A stretch of 31,968 nt of DNA from Candidatus Hodarchaeota archaeon (GTDB lineage: Archaea > Asgardarchaeota > Heimdallarchaeia > Hodarchaeales > Hodarchaeaceae): contig JAHQWW010000030.1 of NCBI GenBank assembly GCA_029856365.1, forward strand, positions 1-31,968. The letters run 5' to 3'. This document shows positions 8,526 through 17,809 of this stretch, one piece after another. The position numbers and the translations under genes were made by a program. Every line of letters starts with the position of its first letter. Position 1 is the stretch's first letter. The notes below the pieces were generated by a model. The model searched no databases and was not told where the DNA came from. It saw nothing but the letters and a program-made list of their open reading frames with translations.

Positions 8526-9428
8526 TTGGCAATTACAACGCTAGCTCAAAAAGTTCTATTCATGGGACTTGGAGCAAGCGGTAAAAGTAGTATAAGGTCA
8601 GTGGTTTTCGAAGGAAAGTCACCAGAGGATGTTAAAGATTATTCTGCAACAATAAATTATACTCGCTCAACTAAAAATATTATTGATAGTGCATTTCAAA
8701 TTTTTGATTGTGGTGGGCAAGAGAGTTTCATTTCTGTTTTTGTTGGTGAACAAGCGGAATTTATATTCAGTGATGTTACAATTCTGGTCTGGGTGGTTGA
8801 TGTGAGTAATTTTGATCAAGTTTCAACAAGTAAATTTTACTTCGATCACGCTGTCTCAAGGTTAGCTGAATACTCACCTGGCGCAATAATATTCTGCCTC
8901 TTTCATAAACTCGATCTCTTACTACCTGATATGCGTGATCAAGTTGTTGAAACTATGAAACAATATTTTCTTCCAGTTCACGAAATAGAAATTTATTATC
9001 GTGCAACCTCAATCTTTGATCAATCAATATACCTAACTGTAGGTGAAATGATACAAAAATTGATTCTTCAGAGTACAAAAGCAAAAACTGTATCTGAAGC
9101 AATACAGGAATTCATCCAACAACATGCAGAACTATCAGGAATTGCAATATATACTGATGATGGCTTACCTGTTTTTGAAGAAGGGGAAGAAGCCGAAAGA
9201 ATCATCCTTCCAGCTAATTTGTGGTTAACTAATTATGACAGAATTAAAACTGAGTTTGAGACTGTTTCAACCTTTAAAACAACTTTAGAAACAGATGATT
9301 ATGTGCTTGTTTTTCAAAGAATTAAAAGTGAACTTCTTCTTACTGGAATTGCCAAGAAAGTCGCCCCTCTACAATATGTTCTAGTTAAAATGGAGCAAAT
9401 TGCCACAATCGTTAGTGGTCTCTTATAA
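8526..9428 (+). CDS. RagA/Gtr1-like GTPase with C-terminal roadblock domain
   Basis: KVLFMGLGASGKSSIRSVVF, ATINY, FDCGGQ, HKLD and TSIFD match eukaryotic RagA/Gtr1 motifs. C-terminal LSGIAIYTDDGLPV...YVLVFQRIKSELLLTGIA has the roadblock pattern. TTG start preceded by GAGG. Confidence 0.9.
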   Translation: MAITTLAQKVLFMGLGASGKSSIRSVVFEGKSPEDVKDYSATINYTRSTKNIIDSAFQIFDCGGQESFISVFVGEQAEFIFSDVTILVWVVDVSNFDQVSTSKFYFDHAVSRLAEYSPGAIIFCLFHKLDLLLPDMRDQVVETMKQYFLPVHEIEIYYRATSIFDQSIYLTVGEMIQKLILQSTKAKTVSEAIQEFIQQHAELSGIAIYTDDGLPVFEEGEEAERIILPANLWLTNYDRIKTEFETVSTFKTTLETDDYVLVFQRIKSELLLTGIAKKVAPLQYVLVKMEQIATIVSGLL

Positions 9429-9513
9429 TTTTTGTTCTACAGATAATTTAATTTTCTAATACATAAAATTGATTGAAAAATATATACTTATTTTGATCAC
9501 ATAATCAAGAACC

Positions 9514-9541
9514 ATCTCAAGATTTTTTTCTTTCTTGAGAT
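9514..9541. terminator. Inverted repeat between convergent genes, candidate terminator
   Basis: ATCTCAAGA (9514-9522) pairs perfectly with TCTTGAGAT (9533-9541) around a 10-nt T-rich loop. It lies between the stops at 9428 (+) and 9551 (-). Confidence 0.5.
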
Positions 9542-9550
9542 AAAATGAAT

Positions 9551-10603
9551 TCATTTTTCTGTTTCTTTTTGAGAGATAAAGAATCCATTTTCAATTTTTG
9601 AATTCTGAATAAGACCTGAACTTATAGCACTCACAAGGAATTCTTCAATCAATTCTACGGAGATACCAGTTTGTGTGGATAATTCATATAAATTCAAAGG
9701 AAGACCTTCTTCTATGGATTGTAAAATCTGGGTAATTAACTGATGTCTTTTAGTCGTTATGTGAAAATCAAAAAAACTGTCAAGGTCTTCAAATGTTAAC
9801 TGATCGGAGAGATGAATACGATATTGAAATCCTATTTCTGGTTGAAGTACAAAACCTGATTTTGCCAAATGATGCTGAATTGTTATTGAATCTGTAATAA
9901 TTTCTTGTTTATAGATTGCACCTTTTGGAATTTTCCTTTTATAATCGTTTATTAGTTGAAGAAGCTCGATTTTTTTACTCGGAGAGGATTTTTCGCGTAA
10001 TAAAACTCTGATATGCTTATTCGGATTATCTATTAACAAGATAGGAGAATTTGAAGGGATCAAAGGTAAATCTAAAAATGATTTAATTTCATTATTATCA
10101 TTTATATAGTATGCTTCTATACCTGTTTCGATGATTTGAATTTTTTCGCTTATTTTTTGAGGAATGTTTTCTTTTTCGAGGTCATCATCAGTCTTAATAT
10201 GATACATTTGAAGTGTTCTACGTATCATTCGCTTTATGACCCCAATATACTTCATTAATGCAGTAGATCGAGTAATTATCCAAAAAACGACAATTCTTCC
10301 AAAACGAGCTATACGTGTATCAGAAGTAATTTTAGCTTTTAAGGTAAAAATAAAACCTATCGTTAAATATGGTTCCTTATGTGTTGGCATAGGTCCATAG
10401 GAGCGAATTTCACCATGATTCAGGGGAATATCGGAACCTATTGCTGTTAATGTCTTAATTGCTAGGTTAAATGCTTCATCTTCTGATAATGGTGAAGAAT
10501 TATGAATATTGAAAGGCCCGTCATCTTTGAATACTGTAATTATTAAACCATCAATTAACGTACTTCCTCTTGAAGCACTGTTTTCGTGCATAAATAAGAC
10601 CAA
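9551..10603 (-). CDS. Multidomain protein: longin/uDENN-like N-terminus, possible gelsolin-like middle, C-terminal PCI-type winged helix
   Basis: N-terminal GLIITVFKDDGP...YGPMP...IGFIFTL...DTRIARFGRIVVFWII. Middle ILLIDNPNKHIRVLLREKSSPSKKIELLQLINDY. C-terminal LNLYELSTQTGISVELIEEFLVSAISSGLIQNSKIENG. Confidence 0.55.
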   Translation of the reverse strand: MVLFMHENSASRGSTLIDGLIITVFKDDGPFNIHNSSPLSEDEAFNLAIKTLTAIGSDIPLNHGEIRSYGPMPTHKEPYLTIGFIFTLKAKITSDTRIARFGRIVVFWIITRSTALMKYIGVIKRMIRRTLQMYHIKTDDDLEKENIPQKISEKIQIIETGIEAYYINDNNEIKSFLDLPLIPSNSPILLIDNPNKHIRVLLREKSSPSKKIELLQLINDYKRKIPKGAIYKQEIITDSITIQHHLAKSGFVLQPEIGFQYRIHLSDQLTFEDLDSFFDFHITTKRHQLITQILQSIEEGLPLNLYELSTQTGISVELIEEFLVSAISSGLIQNSKIENGFFISQKETEK

Positions 10604-10736
10604 CTATTTTATGAGTTCCATTTCTATTACTACATCACAAATAATAAATTTATCCTAGATAAAAACTAGCCTTCCATATTTCTTTGATATGATAACGATT
10701 TTATTCAATGGCGAGGAATAAAAAAAGAATTTCATT

Positions 10737-11045
10737 CTAGAGCTCATCAAAAGGATTCGTTGTTATATAACCATGGCCTTTAATATATTGCCCACCATCA
10801 AGAAGATGCATTCCAAAAGGAAATAGGCCAATTCGGGCGTTCTTCGGGATAATGGTGTCTTGATAAGCCAGTTTCCCATTTATGAAGCAATCTCCACATT
10901 CTTTAATGCTTAAACCTAAACGTTTAAGTAAATTTTGAAATTGCTCATTTTTCTCATTAGGGAGATTAATTACTGTATCTTCAGCTAAAGAAGCATCTGG
11001 TTTGAATTTTTTCTTAAAGATGCCGTAAAGATAAATCTTTAACAA
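10737..11045 (-). CDS. MoaD/ThiS-like ubiquitin-fold protein with C-terminal extension
   Basis: KIYLYG...LLKRLGL...FING...IGLFP is the beta-grasp pattern. The GG is internal (LLDGG) and is followed by 17 aa. Confidence 0.75.
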   Translation of the reverse strand: MLKIYLYGIFKKKFKPDASLAEDTVINLPNEKNEQFQNLLKRLGLSIKECGDCFINGKLAYQDTIIPKNARIGLFPFGMHLLDGGQYIKGHGYITTNPFDEL

Positions 11046-11212
11046 ATCTAAAACCTCTTTAAGATACCACTAACTCTTATTATCAACTCCTCCAATCAAG
11101 AATGCTCTTTTATAGGGCACTCAATGAAATTCATAATTACTTACTAATATCTTTAACAAGTGTTTGTCGTTACTAATTTAATACTTTATTTTTTCAAAAA
11201 TTGGCTTAATTA

Positions 11213-12049
11213 GTGGTTTTTTCTTTGTTTTTCCCCAAAATTCCTCTTGATCTATCTATAAAACCTTTAATCGGCATGATTCATCTTCCTTCCCTCATAC
11301 AACCCCTAGATATGTCACATACTTTAGAGTATATCTTTGAGATCAGTATGCAAGATGCTATTACATTAGAAAAGGCAGGATTCGATGCTTTATTAATCGA
11401 AAACTATCATGATATGCCATATCCCAAATATCGATTGGATGACATAAAATTCCTACTTATGAGTACATTTGTTAAGAAAATTGTAGAAAAGGTGAACATC
11501 CCTTGTGGGATTAATATTTTAAGAAATGCATGTGTTCAAGCTCTCATTATGGCTACAATTAATCAAGGAAGTTTCATTCGCTGTAATATCTATGAAGGAG
11601 CTTATGTGACCGACCAAGGTATAATTGAATCTGTTGCAGATGAAGTTCATCAAAAATTTAAAGAAATGAGATCTAAAGTGAAAATTTTAGCTGATATTCA
11701 TGTGAAACATGCCACGTCTTTGGGTGATTTTTCATTAGAAGAAGCTGCAACTAATGCTTTAAGTCGAGAGGGTGCAGACGCAATCATTGTGTCTGGTAGA
11801 ACAACTGGAGAACTTATTGAAATCGCAAAATTAAAAAATTTTATGGAAATTACTAGGATTAAACCAATCTTAGGGAGCGGATTGACGATTAGTAACCTAC
11901 CAGACGTTTTTCCTTATATTTCAGGAGCAATTGTTGGTTCCTCAATAAAGATTACTGATCTCTCTTCTCCCATAGATATAAAAAAAGCTGAAATATTAGT
12001 TAGAAACTGGAAAACAGAGAAAAAATCAGAAGAAGGGAGTAAACGGTGA
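11213..12049 (+). CDS. BtpA/SgcQ family TIM-barrel protein
   Basis: KPLIGMIHL, LIENYHDMPY, GINILRN, ADIHVKHA, ADAIIVSGRTTG, GSG, IVGS motifs. Confidence 0.92.
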   Translation: MVFSLFFPKIPLDLSIKPLIGMIHLPSLIQPLDMSHTLEYIFEISMQDAITLEKAGFDALLIENYHDMPYPKYRLDDIKFLLMSTFVKKIVEKVNIPCGINILRNACVQALIMATINQGSFIRCNIYEGAYVTDQGIIESVADEVHQKFKEMRSKVKILADIHVKHATSLGDFSLEEAATNALSREGADAIIVSGRTTGELIEIAKLKNFMEITRIKPILGSGLTISNLPDVFPYISGAIVGSSIKITDLSSPIDIKKAEILVRNWKTEKKSEEGSKR

Positions 12050-12474
12050 TTAAAGAACTAAGATTTGAAGATTACCCAAAAATTCAAGCTTTATGGGAAG
12101 CAGCTGGACTATCCTGGAGACCAGTAGGACGAGACCACCCTGATCAAGTTGAGAAACAAATTGAGAAAAAGAATGTTTTTTTCTTAGGAGAAATGAAAAA
12201 TGATGACCTTCAAGGAGTTATCATGGTTACCCACGACAGCCGAAAGGGCTGGATTAATCGTTTAGCTGTTCATCCCGAACATCGCCAAAAAGGTATTGCA
12301 CAAAAATTACTTGAAGCGGCAGAAAGTCGGTTATTTCAAACTGAAGGTATTGAAGTAATCTCTGCACTAATATTCGAAGATAATAAACCTAGCATATCCC
12401 TTTTTGAGAAAACAGGGTATGAGTTTTGGCCTAATATCAAATATTATTCAAAAAGAAGGAGATCAGACGCCTGA
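12046..12474 (+). CDS. GNAT family N-acetyltransferase
   Basis: HDSRKGWINRLAVHPEHRQKGIA (acetyl-CoA motif A) and N..S..LFEKTGY. Overlaps the upstream stop by GTGA. Confidence 0.92.
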   Translation: MIKELRFEDYPKIQALWEAAGLSWRPVGRDHPDQVEKQIEKKNVFFLGEMKNDDLQGVIMVTHDSRKGWINRLAVHPEHRQKGIAQKLLEAAESRLFQTEGIEVISALIFEDNKPSISLFEKTGYEFWPNIKYYSKRRRSDA

Positions 12475-12508
12475 GACTTTATTACTCTGTTTCTTGAGGA
12501 TTAAAGTA

Positions 12509-13732
12509 TTGAAAGTAATAATTGATAAGGATCTTTGTAAAGATTGTAAATTTTGTGAAGTGGCAATAGCATGTCCAGGTCAGGATGAATGCACAGCTTG
12601 TGGTTCTTGTGTTATTACCTGCCTATTCTCGGCTAGAAAGCTTGTTAAAGATAAAAAAGAATTATTGATTGTAAAATGTACTATTAATGGTCAACAGATG
12701 CAAGTTCCAAGTCATCAAACAGTTTTACAGGTATTAGAGTCACTAGGCTTTCAAATCACATCCTATCCAACCAGAGATGCGATTTTTGCCCCTTGTCGAA
12801 CAGGTGGCTGTTATTCGTGTGCTATTCTCATTAATGGGGAGCTAAAACCATCGTGTATAACACCTGTCAGCGAAAATATGAGTATAAATACTCAAGTTGA
12901 AGATCAAGCTCCCAAACGAGTTGTTTCTGGATTCCAGGGGCACCATGTGGGTGGAGTAGGAACGCCTAAAGATCTTATTGTGCAAAGTCCCCTAGGTTAT
13001 CTTGAAGTTGCCTGTTTTGCGTCAGGATGCCTTTATCGGTGTCCAACATGCCAAAACTGGCAAATTACATATTTATCAAACATTCAACCATTATCCCCTG
13101 ATGAAGCTGCATATAGGCTCACAGCTGAAAGAAAGCAGTACCAAGTTGATCGAATGGCTATAAGTGGGGGAGAATCAACTTTAAATCGGAAATGGCTTAT
13201 TCAGTTTATAGAACAGCTGAAAAAGCTCAATTCTGATAAAGATGCAAGAATTCATATAGATACAAACGCTGCAATTCTTACCCCTGATTATATTGACGAA
13301 TTAATCGAAGTAGGTATGACAGATATTGGACCAGATTTAAAGGGTATTCAATTAAATACTTTTATTAAAATTACTAACCAAAAATCTAAAAATCTTGCCA
13401 AGAAATACTTGAAAACTAGTTGGAATGCTGTGAAATATATATTAGATAAGTATTCTGGCAAGGTTTTCATTGGGGTTGGTATTCCCTTTAATAGAACCTT
13501 CATGAGTCTAGAAGAAGTTTTTGAGATAGGGTCTAAACTTACATCTTGGGATCCTAGAATACAAGTTACGGTGTTAGATTATCGTCCAGAATTTAGGGTA
13601 CAGGCGATTGACCGTCCTTCTTATAAGGAAATGTTGTTGGTAAAAAACACTTTGGAAGAATCTGGATTGAAGAAGATCAAACTTAAGGTGACTAGATTCA
13701 ATGAATCTATAAGAATCATAATAAAAGATTGA
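12509..13732 (+). CDS. Radical SAM protein (PFL-activase-like) with N-terminal 4Fe-4S and 2Fe-2S ferredoxin domains
   Basis: CKDCKFC...CP / CTACGSCVITC; CRTGGCYSC...PSC; radical SAM motif CLYRCPTC; SGGE; DTN; DLKG. Start moved to TTG 12509 (GAGGA upstream, avoids overlapping the GNAT gene). Confidence 0.88.
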   Translation: MKVIIDKDLCKDCKFCEVAIACPGQDECTACGSCVITCLFSARKLVKDKKELLIVKCTINGQQMQVPSHQTVLQVLESLGFQITSYPTRDAIFAPCRTGGCYSCAILINGELKPSCITPVSENMSINTQVEDQAPKRVVSGFQGHHVGGVGTPKDLIVQSPLGYLEVACFASGCLYRCPTCQNWQITYLSNIQPLSPDEAAYRLTAERKQYQVDRMAISGGESTLNRKWLIQFIEQLKKLNSDKDARIHIDTNAAILTPDYIDELIEVGMTDIGPDLKGIQLNTFIKITNQKSKNLAKKYLKTSWNAVKYILDKYSGKVFIGVGIPFNRTFMSLEEVFEIGSKLTSWDPRIQVTVLDYRPEFRVQAIDRPSYKEMLLVKNTLEESGLKKIKLKVTRFNESIRIIIKD

Positions 13733-13749
13733 ATATTTTAAAATAAGGT

Positions 13750-15024
13750 GTGAATTTATTAGTTTTAAAGGACAGGGTAAATAAAATGACTGATCGAAGT
13801 GATTCTAACCTCCGTGAATATTCTTACAAATACTTAATCTTTTTAATCATTTTTCTAATGTTGAATGAGATTTTTGATACTTATACGACTCTATTCTGGC
13901 CTGTGATTGACTCTTTAGTCATAACTGATTTTCAGATCACTGAATCTATATATGCATTTTGTATTACTATTGCTTCTGTTGGGATGTATTTTGTTTTTAT
14001 CAACCAAGCAATTTCAGACAGGATTGGTAGGAAGCCAATGTTGTTTATTGTACTTCTAGGAATGGGAGTCACATCTTTACTCTTAAATTTAGCTCAATCA
14101 ATTTATGATTTTACTCTTTTCTTATTCTTGTTGTATATTTGGTTTAGTTCAGACATTTGGATCATCACAATTTCTGAAGAATGCCCAGAAAAACATAGAG
14201 GAAAAATAGTAAATCTTATTTTAATTGCGGGTGCAGCGCCTACTTTATTTATCCCTATATTACGATCATTATTAGTTCCAAATTTTGGTTGGCAGTCAAT
14301 GACTTGGTTTGCATTATTAGCAATCCCTGTCGCATTCCTGGCTTTACCAATGAAAGAAACAAGAGCTTATCAAGCCTTGAAAGAACTAAAATCAACAGAA
14401 ATTTCAGAAAAAAAACAATTGGTGTCCGAAATATTCAAACCATCACAGGGAAAATATCAAAAATTCTTCTTAGTAATTATACTGTTGAGTTTTTTGACGG
14501 GAGTTAATTATACTTTCCTAAGTTTAGGAGAAGCTTATCTAACAATTGATCGATTATTTGATTTCGATTTTGTATCATTAGTAATTCTTATGATGGGTAT
14601 AGCTGCAATTATAGGTTATTCTATAACAGCATTTCTAGCTGATTGTCTAGGACGAAAGCCTACAGCCATTTTATTTATTTCTTTGATGCCCTTGGGAGTA
14701 ACATTAGTATTAATAGGATCTAATCTCTTGGTCATTATTGGAGCCATGATAGTATCATGTAGTTTTTGGTCGCTAAATGTAACAAGTCGACTTATCTGTT
14801 TGGAGCACTTTCCTACCTCAATAAGAGGTACTGGAAATGGTTGGCGTAGCCTGTTCTATGCAATCGGAGTAACTTCTGGTAGTTTCATCAGTTACCTATT
14901 AATTTCATACATAGGACTGGGTAATGTGTTCTTATTACTCTCTCTCCTCTTATTGCTGAATATTCCAGGGATATATTTTATTCTCAGAGAAACAAAAGGC
15001 ATAAGTTTAATCGAAGAATTTTGA
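13750..15024 (+). CDS. MFS transporter
   Basis: About 12 hydrophobic segments; SDRIGRK and ADCLGRK (motif A); EECPEKHRG, EHFPTSIRG, RETKG. The start may be ATG 13786. Confidence 0.92.
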   Translation: MNLLVLKDRVNKMTDRSDSNLREYSYKYLIFLIIFLMLNEIFDTYTTLFWPVIDSLVITDFQITESIYAFCITIASVGMYFVFINQAISDRIGRKPMLFIVLLGMGVTSLLLNLAQSIYDFTLFLFLLYIWFSSDIWIITISEECPEKHRGKIVNLILIAGAAPTLFIPILRSLLVPNFGWQSMTWFALLAIPVAFLALPMKETRAYQALKELKSTEISEKKQLVSEIFKPSQGKYQKFFLVIILLSFLTGVNYTFLSLGEAYLTIDRLFDFDFVSLVILMMGIAAIIGYSITAFLADCLGRKPTAILFISLMPLGVTLVLIGSNLLVIIGAMIVSCSFWSLNVTSRLICLEHFPTSIRGTGNGWRSLFYAIGVTSGSFISYLLISYIGLGNVFLLLSLLLLLNIPGIYFILRETKGISLIEEF

Positions 15025-15089
15025 TCGTAAAACGTTGCTGAATTGTTAATAATTGGTTGTTTGATTAAAATAATGAGTGGCTGCAAATA

Positions 15090-15691
15090 ATGATCTTTCA
15101 AGAAACAATGATAAATTTTGATGTTATACTTACAGCTCTAATTCTTACCAGTTTTGCAGGTTTTGCAACTACTATTGGGGCAGCATTTGCGTTTCTAACT
15201 GAGAAACCATCTATTCGGCTTCTTGCACTGGGATTGGGTTTTTCTGCTGAAGAATAGGGCTGTTATCGGCATTAGGTATAGCAGTACACAACTTTCCTGA
15301 AGGACTGGTCACACTCACTAGTACTCTACAATCTGTTGAGTTAGGTATCGTCCTAGCAATCGCTGTAGGATTACATAACATCCCAGAAGGGCTTTCAATT
15401 AGCATCCCCATCGTTTCCGCAACTGGTGATAAATGGCAGGCATTTAAGCTGGGTTTACTCTCTGGTCTTGCCGAACCTGCAGGTGCTTTTATTGCAGCCA
15501 TTATACTTTTTCCATTCCTATCACCAGCAGTTATTGGGGCATCCTTAGCATTTGTTGCAGGGATAATGGTGTTTATTTCTTTTGATGAACTATTACCAGC
15601 TGCCAAAAACGCTGACGAGTCTCATTTCATCTCCTTAGGTATTATTGCTGGAATGATAGTCATGGTTCTGACACTCTGGTTATTTACCTAA
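15090..15691 (+). pseudogene. zupT: ZupT/ZIP zinc transporter with internal deletion and frameshift
   Basis: Manual translation: MIFQETMINFDVILTALILTSFAGFATTIGAAFAF...LGLGFSA then EE* (stop 15255-15257). Another frame from 15251 reads RIGLLSALGIAVHNFPEG...LHNIPEG...SGLAEP...FVAGIMVFISFDELLPAA...TLWLFT* (stop 15689-15691). Confidence 0.9.
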
Positions 15692-15805
15692 GCCTTAAGA
15701 TTATGATTAAAAACACTCTTTTTTGAACTCTTAATGACATTTATATTCTCATTACCAATGGTTTGGAATAATTTAATAACACACAATCAATAGGACGAAT
15801 TAAAC

Positions 15806-16744
15806 TTGTCACTCTTAATTGGTAACATCGTTGTCTTATTTATTATGATCATTTACGGATTAATAAGCGGTGGCTCCGCTATCATTCTTAAAATTGGAAT
15901 TTTTAGGGCGGGAGGCATTAAAATAGATAATTTCATTCGTGACATTGGTCCAGCAGCTTGGCATTTAATAACTACTCCCATTTGGTTTTTAGGTGGAATT
16001 GCTGCAATTATTGGATTCATAATATATACTGTAGCCTTAAGTGCTTATGATGTGTCTGTTGTTAAACCCTTAGTTAATACAAATTTGTTTTTCACTTTTA
16101 TTTTTGCCCATCTTATCTTTAAAGAAAAACTAAGACAGGTAGAATGGCTGGGAGTGTGTGTTTTAGTTGCTGGAATCTTTTTGATCGCTTTTTCCCCTTT
16201 CGTTGAGACATCAGAAGCAATGAATGTCTCTCTCCTTCTGGGATTTTTTCCATTAGTTCTCATCTTAATGATCATTTTGGTTTTTATCATGTTTATTTCA
16301 AAATCTGGCCATGCTGAATTCGTCTTTCCCATTTTTGCTGGAGTTTTCTATGGTTTGGGAACATTCTTTACCAAAAGTCTGTTAATTACATTAAGAAGGA
16401 TAAACACTAATGATCCACTAACTTTTCTAATGTTTCTATACTCAATTTTCATGTTTTTAATGACGTATTTGTTCGCAATTGTCGCACAAATGTTTGCTTT
16501 TGAACGTGGTAGATTATCTATTGTTTCACCTATTACTAATGCTTTATCAGTGATTGTTGCTTTCGTTGGAGCATATTTTGTCTTCTATGAGGATCTTATT
16601 AATCCAGTTGGGGGACAACTTCTCCTCCAATCCTTTTTCAAAATATTTGGGTTAATTTGTATTTTAATAGCCCTTTTTATTCTTCGACGGGAGATTCATC
16701 CTCTTAAGAGGAATGGAAAGGACACAACAGATTCCTCAATTTAG
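15806..16744 (+). CDS. EamA/DMT family transporter
   Basis: About 9-10 TM segments; ALSAYDVSVVKPL, IFKEKL, GRLSIVSPI. Confidence 0.8.
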   Translation: MSLLIGNIVVLFIMIIYGLISGGSAIILKIGIFRAGGIKIDNFIRDIGPAAWHLITTPIWFLGGIAAIIGFIIYTVALSAYDVSVVKPLVNTNLFFTFIFAHLIFKEKLRQVEWLGVCVLVAGIFLIAFSPFVETSEAMNVSLLLGFFPLVLILMIILVFIMFISKSGHAEFVFPIFAGVFYGLGTFFTKSLLITLRRINTNDPLTFLMFLYSIFMFLMTYLFAIVAQMFAFERGRLSIVSPITNALSVIVAFVGAYFVFYEDLINPVGGQLLLQSFFKIFGLICILIALFILRREIHPLKRNGKDTTDSSI

Positions 16745-16753
16745 GTTGAAAAT

Positions 16754-17680
16754 TTAATCTTCATTGGAATTTTTTTTAGCTTGACTTAACTGGATTAGAA
16801 ATGTACTGACAACGATCATAAATAACCCAAGCCATTCTTTAAAAATTGGAAATTCCCCTAAAAAGATGATTGATAGAATAACGATCTGGGGAAGCATAGT
16901 ACTATTGATGATCGTCATGTCCATTGCTCTAAGTTTTTGCATAGCGTTGTGCCACAAAGTAAATGCAAGAGCGGTGTTGATGACACCGAGCCAGATGATG
17001 TAGAACACTGAGAGTAATGAGAGAGAGAGAAGGACTTGGATTCCATCAATAACAATTCCACTTGCTAATAATATAATTGATCCGATAATCATGCTTACTC
17101 CAGTTACAACTATTGGGGGAGTAGTTTTTGTTTTATTAATAGACCTTCCTAAAATTGAGGAAAAAGCGTTTGAAAATATCAAAATCAAACCAACTAGTAA
17201 TCCAAGGAACTCAAGTGTAAGGTCAATAGGATAGAAATAGAATAATATTCCAAGAAAAGCAACTAAAAAGAAGAATACTTGTAGTAAAGACGGAACTTCT
17301 TTTAATAATCCGATAGAGAGGATTATGACAATGTATGGCGTAAGATTCAAAATAAAAGATACTGTGATTGCTGGAAGGAGCTTTAAAGCAATGAATTGCC
17401 CTCCCTGTGTGATTGCAATAAATAAGATACCATATATCACAATAATAACCCACCAATGCTTTGATTGAGTGGCAACTAAATTACGCTGATTATTATTTGA
17501 GAAAATAATAACCAATAAAATCACAGCACCAAGTAAATACCTTAATCCTGCAAAGATCAGGGGTGGAATTTCCTCCAGACCAAATTTTATGATTACCCAA
17601 GAGGAGCTCCAAAGGACAGTCACAAAAAACGCTTGAATCACAGCAGAAAGATACTCTTTAGAGAAATATTCTGTTATCAT
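16754..17680 (-). CDS. EamA/DMT family transporter
   Basis: LWSSSWVIIKFGLEEIPPLIFAGLRY, LLKE, NTALAFTLW, FLGE; two EamA repeats. Confidence 0.92.
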   Translation of the reverse strand: MITEYFSKEYLSAVIQAFFVTVLWSSSWVIIKFGLEEIPPLIFAGLRYLLGAVILLVIIFSNNNQRNLVATQSKHWWVIIVIYGILFIAITQGGQFIALKLLPAITVSFILNLTPYIVIILSIGLLKEVPSLLQVFFFLVAFLGILFYFYPIDLTLEFLGLLVGLILIFSNAFSSILGRSINKTKTTPPIVVTGVSMIIGSIILLASGIVIDGIQVLLSLSLLSVFYIIWLGVINTALAFTLWHNAMQKLRAMDMTIINSTMLPQIVILSIIFLGEFPIFKEWLGLFMIVVSTFLIQLSQAKKNSNED

Positions 17681-17730
17681 ATTGATACAAATCTCGTTTA
17701 TTATTTATGAATTATTTATAGGATATTTTA

Positions 17731-17798
17731 GTGATATTATCACATCTGAACACCATTAAACTAAAAAAAAGTTTAACCTTTTTGCCGTCAAATGACGG
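17731..17798. promoter_or_regulatory. Two palindromes (candidate operators) in the eamA / HTH-regulator divergent region
   Basis: GTGATA-T-TATCAC at 17731-17743 and CCGTCA-AA-TGACGG at 17785-17798. Confidence 0.5.
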
Positions 17799-17809
17799 AT
17801 GTTTATTAA

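Noticed and set aside
12404-12508. Extended N-terminus of the radical SAM ORF
   Set aside because: It overlaps the GNAT gene. TTG 12509 with a GAGGA RBS gives a typical ferredoxin-domain start.
15255-15257. TAG in zupT as pyrrolysine readthrough or a programmed frameshift
   Set aside because: The downstream homology is in another frame and a large internal segment is missing, so recoding cannot restore the protein.
15211-15606. 131-aa minus-strand ORF
   Set aside because: Antisense shadow of the zupT pseudogene, which carries the family motifs on the + strand.
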